Source of the DNA: Clostridia bacterium
Lineage (GTDB): Bacteria; Bacillota; Clostridia; Oscillospirales; Acutalibacteraceae
Direction: 5' to 3'
Assembly: GCA_017439585.1 (NCBI GenBank)
Contig: JAFSIV010000001.1
Span: forward strand, 14,614-78,613
Length of the DNA stretch: 64,000 nucleotides
A model generated the notes under the pieces. It was given only the letters and a program-made list of their open reading frames with translations. It made no database searches and had not been told where the DNA came from. Shown here one piece after another: positions 45,941 to 55,329 of this stretch. The position numbers and the translations under genes were made by a program. Every line of letters begins with the position of its first letter. Position 1 is the first letter of the stretch.

Positions 45941-47773
45941 TTGAATATTAATGCTTTTTCAGAAAAACTAAAAGAACTAAAACAAAAAGCTAACCGTTTA
46001 CCTTTGAATCCGGGCGTTTATATAATGAAGGATAAAGACGGCAAGATTATATATATCGGCAAGGCAAAAGCCCTCAAAAACCGCGTTACGCAATATTTCG
46101 GTGCAGGAAATCAGCACACCGAAAAGGTGCGGAAAATGGTTTCTAATGTATTTGATTTCGAATATATCGTTTGCACAAGTGAATTCGAAGCATTAATACT
46201 AGAAAATTCTTTAATAAAACAAAATCAACCTAAATATAATATTCTTTTAAAGGACGATAAAGGCTATTCTTATATTAAAATAAGCAATGATAAATGGAAG
46301 AAAATCGAATCTGCAAAAACGGTTGATAAAACAGGAGAATTTATAGGTCCGTTTAATTCGGGATATATAGTCAAAGAAACTGTGGCACAAGCCAAAAAAA
46401 TCTTTAAATTGCCCGATTGCAATCGAGATTTTGATAAACCTTCAAAACCATGCCTTAATTTTCATATCGGTTTATGCGATGCGCCTTGCAAGGGTAATAT
46501 TTCACTTAATGATTACCTTGAAAACATCGAAAATGCAAAGGAATTTATAAAAAACGGCGATAGCGAAGCGGTATCTATTGAAAAACTAACCAAAAAGATG
46601 CTAGAAGCCTCTGAAAATCTGCAATTTGAAACCGCCGCAAAACTCAGAGACCGAATTAATGCCATAAAGAAAATCAGAGAAAAGCAAAGGGTTGTTAGCA
46701 TTTCTTATAAATCTCAGGATGTTATTGCATCTGCTTTTATAGGCGAAACAGCTTGTGTTGAAATTTTAATATTCAGAAACTATAAATTAACTGATAAGCA
46801 ACATTTTATTATAGATGGCTTTTCTAATAAAGAAGCTTTATATAATGAATTTCTTACGGGATTTTATTCTAATAAAACCGATATTCCTTCAAGAATTTTA
46901 TTAGACTGCGAAGTAACCGAATTTAAAACTATTGAAGAATGGTTATCTCAAAAGGCAAATAAAAAGGTAAATTTCCTTAATCCAAAACAGGGCGACCAGC
47001 TTAAAATTTTAGAAATGTGTTTAAATAATGCCGCTGAAGACTTGTCCGAAAAAACCGAAAGAACCGGCAGGGAAATGTCCGCTTTAAATGAACTTGCAAA
47101 GCTTTTAGGACTAGAAAAGCCGCCTCGAATTATAGAAGCTTACGATATTTCTAATACCGCGGGCAGTGAAAATGTTGCAGGTATGATAGTTTTTAAGGAC
47201 GGCAGACCATACAAAGCTGCATACAGGCGTTTTAAAATTAAAAGTTTTTCAGGTCAGGACGATTATCGTTCAATGGCAGAGGTTTTAGACCGTCGTTTTA
47301 ATGAATTTGAAACAGGGGAAGACGAGTATTTTAAAACCTTGCCCGACCTTATTTTGTTAGATGGTGCCAAAGGTCAGATTTTAGCCGTTTTACCGATTTT
47401 AAAAAGGCATAATATAGATGTTTCTATTTTTGGTATGGTTAAAGACTCAAAACACCGCACCCGAGCAATAGCTACAACAGGCGGAGATATTGCAATTAAA
47501 TCTAACCGCAAGGCATTCACACTTGTAACAAATATACAAGACGAGGTTCACCGATTTGCTATTAGTTATCATAAAAAGCTCCAATCAAAAAATCTTTTAA
47601 AATCAGAGCTTTTAGAGATAGATGGCGTCGGCAAAAAAAGGGCAGAAGCTCTTATTAAACATTTTAAAAGCATTAATAAAATTAAAAATGCTTCTGTTGA
47701 GCAGCTTTGCGAAGTTGATAGCATTAATTTAGATACCGCAAACCACATTTTTACTTTTTTCGACAAAAGTTAA
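45941..47773 (+). CDS. uvrC: excinuclease ABC subunit C
   Basis: GIY-YIG (PGVYIMKDKDGKIIYIGKAKALKNRV), UVR domain (FETAAKLRDRI), endonuclease domain (IEAYDISN) and C-terminal HhH (IDGVGKKRAEALI). TTG start after GGAGGG. Confidence 0.95.
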   Translation: MNINAFSEKLKELKQKANRLPLNPGVYIMKDKDGKIIYIGKAKALKNRVTQYFGAGNQHTEKVRKMVSNVFDFEYIVCTSEFEALILENSLIKQNQPKYNILLKDDKGYSYIKISNDKWKKIESAKTVDKTGEFIGPFNSGYIVKETVAQAKKIFKLPDCNRDFDKPSKPCLNFHIGLCDAPCKGNISLNDYLENIENAKEFIKNGDSEAVSIEKLTKKMLEASENLQFETAAKLRDRINAIKKIREKQRVVSISYKSQDVIASAFIGETACVEILIFRNYKLTDKQHFIIDGFSNKEALYNEFLTGFYSNKTDIPSRILLDCEVTEFKTIEEWLSQKANKKVNFLNPKQGDQLKILEMCLNNAAEDLSEKTERTGREMSALNELAKLLGLEKPPRIIEAYDISNTAGSENVAGMIVFKDGRPYKAAYRRFKIKSFSGQDDYRSMAEVLDRRFNEFETGEDEYFKTLPDLILLDGAKGQILAVLPILKRHNIDVSIFGMVKDSKHRTRAIATTGGDIAIKSNRKAFTLVTNIQDEVHRFAISYHKKLQSKNLLKSELLEIDGVGKKRAEALIKHFKSINKIKNASVEQLCEVDSINLDTANHIFTFFDKS

Positions 47774-47780
47774 CTTTTTA

Positions 47781-47809
47781 TTGACTTTATTACGCTAATG
47801 TGATATTAT
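47781..47809 (+). promoter_or_regulatory. sigma-A promoter of the lysine riboswitch unit
   Basis: TTGACT (47781-47786), 17-nt spacer, TATTAT (47804-47809). Confidence 0.55.
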
Positions 47810-47813
47810 TTGC

Positions 47814-48019
47814 ACGATAGAGGTGCAGTTTGTCATTAGTATTTCGCCGTTTAGACGAACAGGTCTGCGAAAGAAAGGGGCAACTGCCGAAATAATAGAT
47901 TTTCTGTTCAGGATTTATTATTGGTTTGCAGCAAAATATGTTGCAGACTGTCACGTTCAGTGGAGAGCTATCGGGATTTTTTAAATTACCGTGATTGCTC
48001 TGTTGCATTCACGGTTTTT
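47814..48019 (+). promoter_or_regulatory. lysine riboswitch (L-box) with terminator expression platform
   Basis: Conserved L-box blocks GATAGAGGTGC, GCGAAAGAAAGGGGCAACTGCCGAAA and CTGTCAC...TGGAGAGCTATC (P1 gatag/ctatc). Followed by terminator accgtgattgc-tctgtt-gcattcacggt plus TTTT (47988-48019). Confidence 0.85.
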
Positions 48020-48043
48020 ATAATTTTAAAAAGGAGTTTTAAA

Positions 48044-49891
48044 ATGAAAAGACTTAAAAAACCGCTTTTAGTCATTATGTTGGCTGTTTTACTTAGTGTT
48101 ACCTCTGCTTTTGTTTTCAATGCAGCAGCAACTTCTGACAAGGCATCCGAAACCAAACAGTCTCCCGAATTTACAGTACATATTGATGACGGTGAGAACG
48201 ACCCCGAAGATATTGTTTACAATTTCTACTTGGAAGAGGAGAGCGAAGATATCGGTTCTGCTCAGGATTATGTGAATGACTATGAAAACAATATCACATA
48301 TGACCCTGATTTTAAAGAGCATCAAAAGGAAGCTTTAGGATTAGTTCGCGGCTCGATTAAATCCTATGCTACCATTTGGTCTTTATTACCCGCAGTTATG
48401 GCTATTGTTTTAGCATTAATAACAAAAGAAGTTTATTCTTCATTATTCCTCGGTATTTTAACCGGTGGTTTGATTTATTCAGGATTTAATCTTGAAACCA
48501 CAATGACTCATGTATTTAGCGACGGATTTGTAAGCAGTGTTGCTGATTCATATAATGTTGGTATTTTGATATTCTTAGTATTGCTTGGCGCAATCGTTGC
48601 TATGATGAACAAATCGGGCGGTTCCGCCGCATTTGGCAGATGGACTTCAAAGCACATAAAGAGCAGAGTTGGTGCTCAGCTTGCAACAATTTTACTTGGC
48701 GTTTTGATTTTCGTTGACGACTATTTCAACTGCTTAACAGTAGGCTCTGTTATGCGTCCTGTAACCGATAAATCTAAGATATCTCGCGCAAAGCTTTCTT
48801 ATTTAATTGATGCTACTGCCGCTCCAATTTGTATTATTGCTCCTATTTCTTCTTGGGCTGCTGCGGTTGTTGGCTTTGCAAAAGGCTCAGGCGCACAGGA
48901 CGGTATGTCGCTTTTCATTAATGCGATTCCTTTCAACTTCTATGCGCTCTTAACCATTGCTATGATGATTTTCTTAGCACTTGCTAAGTTCGATTACGGC
49001 CCGATGAGAAAGCATGAAGAAAATGCTAAAAACGGCGATATTTTCACCTCTAAAATGCAGGAAGCAACCGAACTTCTTACAGAAAACGAAAAGGGCAAAG
49101 TATTTGACCTTATAATCCCTGTTATTGTTTTGATTATAGCTTGCGTTTTCGGTATGATTTATTCAGGCGGTTTCTTTGCTTCTGATTCTTCATCATATAT
49201 GAACTTCATATCCTCTTTCTCAGGCAGTGATGCTTCGGTTGGTTTGGTATATGGTTCATTTATTGCCTTGATTTTCTCGGCTGTATATTTCCTTATCAGA
49301 AGAACTATTTCTTTCAAAACTATTATGGAATGTATTCCCGAAGGATTTAAAGCAATGGTTCCTGCTATCATGATTTTAGTTTGCGCTTGGACCCTTAAAG
49401 CAATGACCGATAGCCTTGGCGCTAAAATATTTATTGCTCAGTTAGTTGAGGGAAGTGCTAGCGGATTTATGTCCTTCTTGCCCGCAATAATCTTCATTAT
49501 TGCAGTTGGTCTTTCTTTTGCAACCGGTACTTCTTGGGGAACATTTGGTATCCTTATTCCGATTGTTCTCAGCGTATTCGGTGCAGAAAACGGAAATATC
49601 ACAATCGTTGCTATCTCTGCTTGTATGGCTGGTGCTGTTTGCGGCGACCATTGTTCACCCATTTCAGATACAACCATCATGGCTTCCGCAGGTGCGCAAT
49701 GCGACCATATTAACCACGTTTCAACCCAAATGCCTTATGCGCTAACAGTTGCGGCTGTTTCGTTTGTAAGTTATATTATTGCAGGATTTGTTCCTGTTTG
49801 GTATATCTCTTTACCAATCGCTTTGGCTCTAATGATTGGAACATTGTTTGTTATAAAGCTAATCTCAAATAAAAAATATCAAGAAAATTAA
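48044..49891 (+). CDS. Na+/H+ antiporter NhaC-family transporter (candidate lysine transporter)
   Basis: ATG at 48044 follows AAGGAG; the ORF-track start at 47921 lies inside the riboswitch. 12 or more TM segments of NhaC type, preceded by about 100 aa of signal/TM plus an acidic extension. Confidence 0.8.
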   Translation: MKRLKKPLLVIMLAVLLSVTSAFVFNAAATSDKASETKQSPEFTVHIDDGENDPEDIVYNFYLEEESEDIGSAQDYVNDYENNITYDPDFKEHQKEALGLVRGSIKSYATIWSLLPAVMAIVLALITKEVYSSLFLGILTGGLIYSGFNLETTMTHVFSDGFVSSVADSYNVGILIFLVLLGAIVAMMNKSGGSAAFGRWTSKHIKSRVGAQLATILLGVLIFVDDYFNCLTVGSVMRPVTDKSKISRAKLSYLIDATAAPICIIAPISSWAAAVVGFAKGSGAQDGMSLFINAIPFNFYALLTIAMMIFLALAKFDYGPMRKHEENAKNGDIFTSKMQEATELLTENEKGKVFDLIIPVIVLIIACVFGMIYSGGFFASDSSSYMNFISSFSGSDASVGLVYGSFIALIFSAVYFLIRRTISFKTIMECIPEGFKAMVPAIMILVCAWTLKAMTDSLGAKIFIAQLVEGSASGFMSFLPAIIFIIAVGLSFATGTSWGTFGILIPIVLSVFGAENGNITIVAISACMAGAVCGDHCSPISDTTIMASAGAQCDHINHVSTQMPYALTVAAVSFVSYIIAGFVPVWYISLPIALALMIGTLFVIKLISNKKYQEN

Positions 49892-49900
49892 AATTTTTGC

Positions 49901-49928
49901 TTGACAAAATTCTTTTTTATGGTAAAAT
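49901..49928 (+). promoter_or_regulatory. sigma-A promoter (extended -10) of infC-rpmI-rplT
   Basis: TTGACA (49901-49906), 16-nt spacer, TGgTAAAAT (49920-49928). Confidence 0.55.
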
Positions 49929-49934
49929 GGTATT

Positions 49935-50055
49935 CAAATGAAGTAGTACGCGATGCGTCCTCACCCTGAGAAAACTATCGAAAGGGTTAATAAGATTGCT
50001 TTTTTACTAATGCTATTCTTATGCGTGGATGTTTTTGCGTCCACGCATTTTTATT
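49935..50055 (+). promoter_or_regulatory. ribosomal protein L20 leader (infC operon attenuator)
   Basis: About 120-nt structured leader ending in terminator atgcgtgga...tccacgcat plus TTTTT (50021-50055), directly upstream of infC. This is the position and architecture of the Firmicute L20 leader. Confidence 0.6.
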
Positions 50056-50075
50056 AATCTTGGAGGTGCATTCTT

Positions 50076-50597
50076 ATCAGCATAAAAGAAATCGCAGTAA
50101 ATGAAGATATTAAGTTCAAAGAAGTTCGCGTTATTTCAGGCGAAGATGGTTCTCAGCTTGGTATTCTTCCAATTCAAAAAGCATTAGAGGAGGCTTATGC
50201 CAAAGATTTAGATTTGGTTTGTATATCTCCCAATGCTCAGCCACCGGTTTGCAAAATCATGGATTACGGTAAATACCGTTTTGAACAGGCCAAGCGCGAA
50301 AAGGAAGCCAAGAAAAACCAAAAGGTTATGGAAGTTAAAGAAATTCGTTTGGGACTCAGTATCGATGTTCATGATTTTGAAACAAAGGGCAGACATGCCA
50401 TGCGTTTCTTGCAGGACGGTAACAAGGTTAAAGTTTCTATCCGTTTCAGAGGAAGAGAATTAGGTCATCCCGAAATTGGTTTAGAAACTATGGCTAGATT
50501 TGCTGAGTTCTGTGCAGAAAAATCAACTGTTGAAAAGGCTGCTAAGATGGAAGGTCGTAATATGATTATGTTCCTTGCGCCTAAATCAAGCAAGTAA
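50076..50597 (+). CDS. infC: translation initiation factor IF-3 (non-AUG start)
   Basis: The in-frame reading from ATC 50076 (7 nt after GGAGGTG; an in-frame ATT sits at 50070) gives ISIKEIAVNEDIKFKEVRVISGEDGSQLGILPIQKALEEAYAKDLDLVCISPNAQPPVCKIMDYGK.... The ORF track reports only the C-terminal 127 aa from an internal TTG. Confidence 0.9.
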   Translation: MSIKEIAVNEDIKFKEVRVISGEDGSQLGILPIQKALEEAYAKDLDLVCISPNAQPPVCKIMDYGKYRFEQAKREKEAKKNQKVMEVKEIRLGLSIDVHDFETKGRHAMRFLQDGNKVKVSIRFRGRELGHPEIGLETMARFAEFCAEKSTVEKAAKMEGRNMIMFLAPKSSK

Positions 50598-50628
50598 ACT
50601 TAGTAACAAAATTTAAGGAGGATTTACA

Positions 50629-50826
50629 ATGCCTAAGATTAAAACCCATAGCGGTGCAAAAAAACGCTTTAAGCTCACTAAAACCGGTAAGGTAAAAAGA
50701 GCACACGCTTTCAAGTCTCACATCCTTAACAAAAAAACTACCAAGCGTAAGAGAAACCTTCGCAAGACCGTTACTGCTGATGTAACAAATGTAGCTAAGG
50801 TTAAGAAAATGATTCCTTACAAATAA
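50629..50826 (+). CDS. rpmI: 50S ribosomal protein L35
   Basis: [24 protein letters not shown] is canonical L35. Confidence 0.97.
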   Translation: MPKIKTHSGAKKRFKLTKTGKVKRAHAFKSHILNKKTTKRKRNLRKTVTADVTNVAKVKKMIPYK

Positions 50827-50852
50827 GAAGCTGAAAGTGGAGGTAAATTGAA

Positions 50853-51212
50853 ATGGCACGAGTTAAAGGTGCGTTAGCAACACGCAAAAGAAGAAAAAAG
50901 ATTTTAAAGCTTGCTAAGGGCTATTTTGGCGCAAAGTCTAAGCTTTTTAAGACCGCGAAAGAAGCGGTTATGAAATCCGGCAACTATGCATATATCGGTC
51001 GTAAACAAAAGAAGCGCGATTTCCGTCGTCTCTGGATTACCCGTATATCTGCTGCTTGCAAAATCAATGGTATAAACTATTCATCTTTCATCAACGGTTT
51101 AAACAAAGCTGGTATTGCTGTTAACCGCAAGATGTTAGCTGATTTAGCTGTTAACGATCCTAATGGTTTCGCAACCTTAGTTAAGGCTGCTAAAAAAGCA
51201 TTAGATAAATAA
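50853..51212 (+). CDS. rplT: 50S ribosomal protein L20
   Basis: [26 protein letters not shown] is canonical L20. Confidence 0.97.
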   Translation: MARVKGALATRKRRKKILKLAKGYFGAKSKLFKTAKEAVMKSGNYAYIGRKQKKRDFRRLWITRISAACKINGINYSSFINGLNKAGIAVNRKMLADLAVNDPNGFATLVKAAKKALDK

Positions 51213-51219
51213 TTATACT

Positions 51220-51248
51220 TCGCCCGAATTAACCTTCGGGCGACTTTT
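51220..51248 (+). terminator. intrinsic terminator after rplT
   Basis: tcgcccgaa-ttaacc-ttcgggcga followed by ctttt. Confidence 0.8.
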
Positions 51249-51270
51249 CATTTTTATAAGTTGGAAAAGG

Positions 51271-52062
51271 ATGCTAATTTTGAAAGATTTTAAACTGATT
51301 ACAAGTAAAGATAATTCTCTTATCAAGCTTATTTCAAAACTTCAAACCTCTAAAAAATACCGTTATGAAAACGGTCTTTTTGTGCTTGAAGGACTCAGAA
51401 TTTGCAAGGATGCATTAGACACAGGAACTATGTTTGATAAGCTAATTATCTCTAAATCTGCTCTTGAAAAGCTTAGAACAGAGATTGAAATTTTATCAGA
51501 AAATGCAAATGAATGTATTGAAATACCTGATTACATTTTTGAAAAACTTAGTGATACTAAATCTCCTCAGGGAGTTTTAGCAGTATGCAAAATGCTAAAA
51601 AATAATACTGAGAAAATTGATATTAACGGTAGATATTTAGCTTTTGAAAATGTTTCCGACCCTTCTAATTTAGGCGCGGTTGCAAGAACCTGTGAAGCTC
51701 TTGGGGTTTCCGGCATTATTTTATCAAATGATGGCCTGGATCCTTATTCACCAAAAGTTTTGCGCGCTTCTATGGGAACAATGCTCAGAATACCGCTTTT
51801 TATTTTAGATGATTTTGCAAAAAATTTAGCCAGTCTTCCTCATAAAAAATACGCTTGCGTTGTTGATAGAGATGCGCTTTCTATTAAAACTGCTGATTTT
51901 AAAAACGGCTCTATCGTTATAATAGGCAACGAAGCAAACGGAATAACTAATGAAACAAAAGCTGTTTCTGATTTCGAGGTCACTATTAAAATGACCGGAA
52001 AAGCGGAGTCGCTTAATGCGGCGGCAGCGGCAGCTATTGCAATTTGGGAAATGATGAAATGA
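51271..52062 (+). CDS. TrmH/SpoU-family RNA 2'-O-methyltransferase
   Basis: SpoU motifs DPSNLGAVARTCEA, IIGNEANG and ESLNAAAAAAI. Confidence 0.85.
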   Translation: MLILKDFKLITSKDNSLIKLISKLQTSKKYRYENGLFVLEGLRICKDALDTGTMFDKLIISKSALEKLRTEIEILSENANECIEIPDYIFEKLSDTKSPQGVLAVCKMLKNNTEKIDINGRYLAFENVSDPSNLGAVARTCEALGVSGIILSNDGLDPYSPKVLRASMGTMLRIPLFILDDFAKNLASLPHKKYACVVDRDALSIKTADFKNGSIVIIGNEANGITNETKAVSDFEVTIKMTGKAESLNAAAAAAIAIWEMMK

Positions 52063-53213
52063 TAAAATACTATATTTGGCTTCAAAATGTTTTAGGAGTT
52101 GCTAATAATCGAATTAAGGAAATTTTAGATACCTTCGGCAACGCAAAAAATGTTTATAATTCCGATTTTAATACTCTTAAAAATAGCAGACTTTTTACTG
52201 CAAACGAATTAAAAAAATTAAACGATAAAAATTTAAAAGTTGCAGAGGATATTTCAATCAAATGCCGTAAAAACAATATTGAAATAATAGTTTTAGGAAA
52301 TGATAAATACCCTTTTTGCCTTTCGGTTATTGACAATCCGCCTTTGGTGCTTTATGTAAAAGGGAATTTGCCCGATTTCGATAAAATACCGTCTATCGCG
52401 ATTGTGGGTCCTAGAAAAGTAAGCGATTTCGGGAAAAGAGCTGCTTATTCACTAGGTTACAGACTAGCCAAATCAGGTATGACTGTTGTAAGCGGTGGAG
52501 CAATAGGTACTGATACTTATGCTCATGCAGGCGCATTAAAATCCGGTGGCACAACTGCTCTTGTTTTAGGCTGCGGTATTTTATATGATTATTTAATGGA
52601 AAACGAAAAGCTTCGCGAAGCGGTTTCGGCTAATGGCGCATTAATCAGCGAATATCCGCCTGATTTTCCGGCTTCAAGATATACTTTTCCTGTTAGAAAC
52701 CGTATCATTTCCGCGCTTTCGCTTGGAACAGTTGTTATTGAAGCAGGTGCTAAAAGCGGTTCGCTTATAACAGCCAGACACGCATACGAGCAGGGAAGGG
52801 ATGTTTTCGTTATTCCTCGTTCTCCTGAGGAAAAACAGTTTTCAGGCTCAAACGAGCTTTTGCGAGACGGAGCTAAGCCTTTAATTGATGCATCTGATAT
52901 TTTTAACGAATATATTATGCGATTTCCTGATAAAATCAATATTGAAAAGGCTTATAACGATAAGATTATAAACAATATTAAAACTGAAAATTATAAAATC
53001 ACCAAAAAAGTTGAAAATAATAAAAAAATTTCGCTAGAAACTCTTTCCAAAGAGGCAAAAATAGTGTATAATTGTTTAGATAAGCAAAAATTTTTACCCG
53101 AGGAAATTTTAGGTACTAATTTATCTTCAAGCCAACTGCTTTGTGCATTAGGCGAGCTTGAAATGGAATTAATTATAAAAGCCTTGCCGGGTGGATATTT
53201 TGAGATAATATAA
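52059..53213 (+). CDS. dprA: DNA-processing protein DprA (Smf)
   Basis: ATG at 52059 forms an ATGA overlap with the upstream stop. Rossmann-like core IVGPRKVS.YG, VVSGGAIGTD, FPVRNRIISALS and GSLITA. Confidence 0.9.
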   Translation: MIKYYIWLQNVLGVANNRIKEILDTFGNAKNVYNSDFNTLKNSRLFTANELKKLNDKNLKVAEDISIKCRKNNIEIIVLGNDKYPFCLSVIDNPPLVLYVKGNLPDFDKIPSIAIVGPRKVSDFGKRAAYSLGYRLAKSGMTVVSGGAIGTDTYAHAGALKSGGTTALVLGCGILYDYLMENEKLREAVSANGALISEYPPDFPASRYTFPVRNRIISALSLGTVVIEAGAKSGSLITARHAYEQGRDVFVIPRSPEEKQFSGSNELLRDGAKPLIDASDIFNEYIMRFPDKINIEKAYNDKIINNIKTENYKITKKVENNKKISLETLSKEAKIVYNCLDKQKFLPEEILGTNLSSSQLLCALGELEMELIIKALPGGYFEII

Positions 53214-53229
53214 AATCAGGAGGAAGAAT

Positions 53230-55329
53230 ATGTCTAAGCTTTTGATAGTTGAGTCGCCTACTAAGGTGAAAAGCATAAAGAAGTATCTGGGCGGAGATTA
53301 TAAGGTAATGGCTTCTATGGGTCATATCAGGGATTTACCTAAATCTAAGCTCGGAGTTGATATAGATAATAATTTTAAACCGCAATATATTAATATGCCA
53401 GATAAAAAGGATTTAATTAAATCCTTAAAGGATGCGGCGGCAGAGTGCGATGAAGTATATCTTGCAACCGACCCTGATAGAGAGGGAGAAGCTATTTCTT
53501 GGCACTTAGCTCAGCTGTTAGCACTGGATATTAATGATAAAAACCGCGTTACCTTTAACGAAATAACCAAATCTGGTGTTTTAGCGGGAATTAAAGAACC
53601 TAGACAGCTTAATATGGATTTAGTTGATGCTCAACAAGCAAGACGCGTGCTTGATAGAATTGTTGGTTATAAATTAAGTCCGTTCCTTTGGAAAAAGGTT
53701 AAAAGCGGTTTATCGGCAGGACGAGTTCAAACCGTTGCTCTTAAACTAATCGTAGAGCGCGAGCGCGAGATTGAAAAGTTTATCAGCGAAGAATTTTGGA
53801 CAGTTGATGCTAAGCTTGCTTCTGGCAGAAAATCCTTTTCTGCTAAGCTCTGCGGCGATATAAACGGCAATAAGTTTGAAAGCGTTAAAACAGGCGACGA
53901 GGCTCAAAGTATCGTTAATAGTTTAGAAAATGCAACTTATACTGTAAGCGAAATTAAAAAGGGAAAGCGCAACCGTCAGCCCGCACCTCCTTTCATAACC
54001 TCAACCCTGCAACAAGAGGCTTCAAGAAAGCTTGGTTTTACCGGTCAGAGAACAATGCGTATTGCTCAACAGCTTTATGAAGGTGTTGAAATAGCAGGAA
54101 CTGGTGTTACTGGTCTTATAACCTATATGCGTACTGATTCGCTTCGTATTTCAGAAGAAGCAAGAGCGGCGGCAAACAACTATATAACCGAGCGTTTTGG
54201 CAGCAAATATTTGCCGTCTACTCCTCGTTATTTTAAAACAAAAAGCGGTGCTCAGGATGCTCACGAGGCTATCAGACCTACCGTTATCACCCTTTCACCC
54301 GACAAGGTTAAGGATTCTCTATCCTCAGAACAGTATAAACTTTATAAACTTATCTGGGAACGCTTTATTGCTTCCTTAATGGCGGTATGCGTTCAGGATA
54401 CCGTTAATGTAATAATTACCGCTAACAACTATTTATTTAAAGCAAGCGGTTATTCGGTTCGATTTGACGGTTTTACTGCTCTTTATGAAGAGGGTAAAGA
54501 CGAAGAGGGGGATAAAGAGGGTTCACTTCCCGAAATGAACGAGGGAGATATATTAAAGCTTCGCGGTCTTGATGCTAATCAGCATTTTACTCAACCGCCT
54601 GCTCGTTTCACAGAGCCCACATTAATTAAAGCGTTAGATGAAAACGGAATTGGCAGACCTTCAACCTATGCTCCCATTATTTCTAACATTTTAAATCGCG
54701 ATTATATTGAGCGCGAAAAGAAATCACTTAAACCTACTAAGCTCGGTATGGTTGTTGTTGATTTGCTTGCAGAATATTTTAAGAAAATATTTGATGTTAA
54801 GTTCACTGCCGGACTCGAAGTTCAGCTTGATAAAATCGGTGCAGGTGAGCTTGACTGGATTGACACTATTTCAGGATTCTACGAGGATTTTGACAAGCAT
54901 TATAAAAAAGCAGAGGCTTCGCTTGACGGTAAGCGAGTTAAAGTGCCCGCAACCGAAACTGATGTTATCTGCGAAAAATGCGGAAGCAAAATGGTTATTA
55001 AATCAAGTCGCTTTGGTAAGTTCTTGGCTTGCCCAAATTATCCTGAATGTAAAAATACTAAACCCGTTCCTGAGGATGAGGTTAAACAGCCTTGCCCAAA
55101 ATGCGGTTCAAAGCTTATTAAACGAACCTCGAAAAAGGGCAAAAAGTTTTATGGTTGCTCTAATTATCCTAAATGCGATTTTGCTTCACCCGGAGTTCCA
55201 ACCGGAGAAATCTGCAAAGAATGCGGAAGCTTCATTATTTCAGGTATCAGAGGCAGAAATTACTGTATGAACGGTGATTGTATTACTAGAAAAACCAAAA
55301 CAAAATCTGAAAAATCAAAGGAAAATTAA
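53230..55329 (+). CDS. topA: DNA topoisomerase I
   Basis: TOPRIM (LLIVESPTK...ATDPDREGEAI), active-site region ITYMRTDS and three C-terminal CxxC...CxxC zinc ribbons. Confidence 0.97.
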   Translation: MSKLLIVESPTKVKSIKKYLGGDYKVMASMGHIRDLPKSKLGVDIDNNFKPQYINMPDKKDLIKSLKDAAAECDEVYLATDPDREGEAISWHLAQLLALDINDKNRVTFNEITKSGVLAGIKEPRQLNMDLVDAQQARRVLDRIVGYKLSPFLWKKVKSGLSAGRVQTVALKLIVEREREIEKFISEEFWTVDAKLASGRKSFSAKLCGDINGNKFESVKTGDEAQSIVNSLENATYTVSEIKKGKRNRQPAPPFITSTLQQEASRKLGFTGQRTMRIAQQLYEGVEIAGTGVTGLITYMRTDSLRISEEARAAANNYITERFGSKYLPSTPRYFKTKSGAQDAHEAIRPTVITLSPDKVKDSLSSEQYKLYKLIWERFIASLMAVCVQDTVNVIITANNYLFKASGYSVRFDGFTALYEEGKDEEGDKEGSLPEMNEGDILKLRGLDANQHFTQPPARFTEPTLIKALDENGIGRPSTYAPIISNILNRDYIEREKKSLKPTKLGMVVVDLLAEYFKKIFDVKFTAGLEVQLDKIGAGELDWIDTISGFYEDFDKHYKKAEASLDGKRVKVPATETDVICEKCGSKMVIKSSRFGKFLACPNYPECKNTKPVPEDEVKQPCPKCGSKLIKRTSKKGKKFYGCSNYPKCDFASPGVPTGEICKECGSFIISGIRGRNYCMNGDCITRKTKTKSEKSKEN

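Noticed and set aside
47921-48043. N-terminal 41-codon extension of the NhaC ORF in the ORF track
   Set aside because: This stretch is the 3' half of the lysine riboswitch and its terminator. The real start is the ATG at 48044, behind AAGGAG.
54707-55270. 187-aa same-strand alternative-frame ORF inside topA
   Set aside because: It is unusually long for an off-frame ORF in AT-rich DNA. However, it is Leu/Ser/Lys-rich low-information sequence with no RBS, and it lies entirely within the well-conserved Zn-ribbon region of TopA. I treat it as chance.
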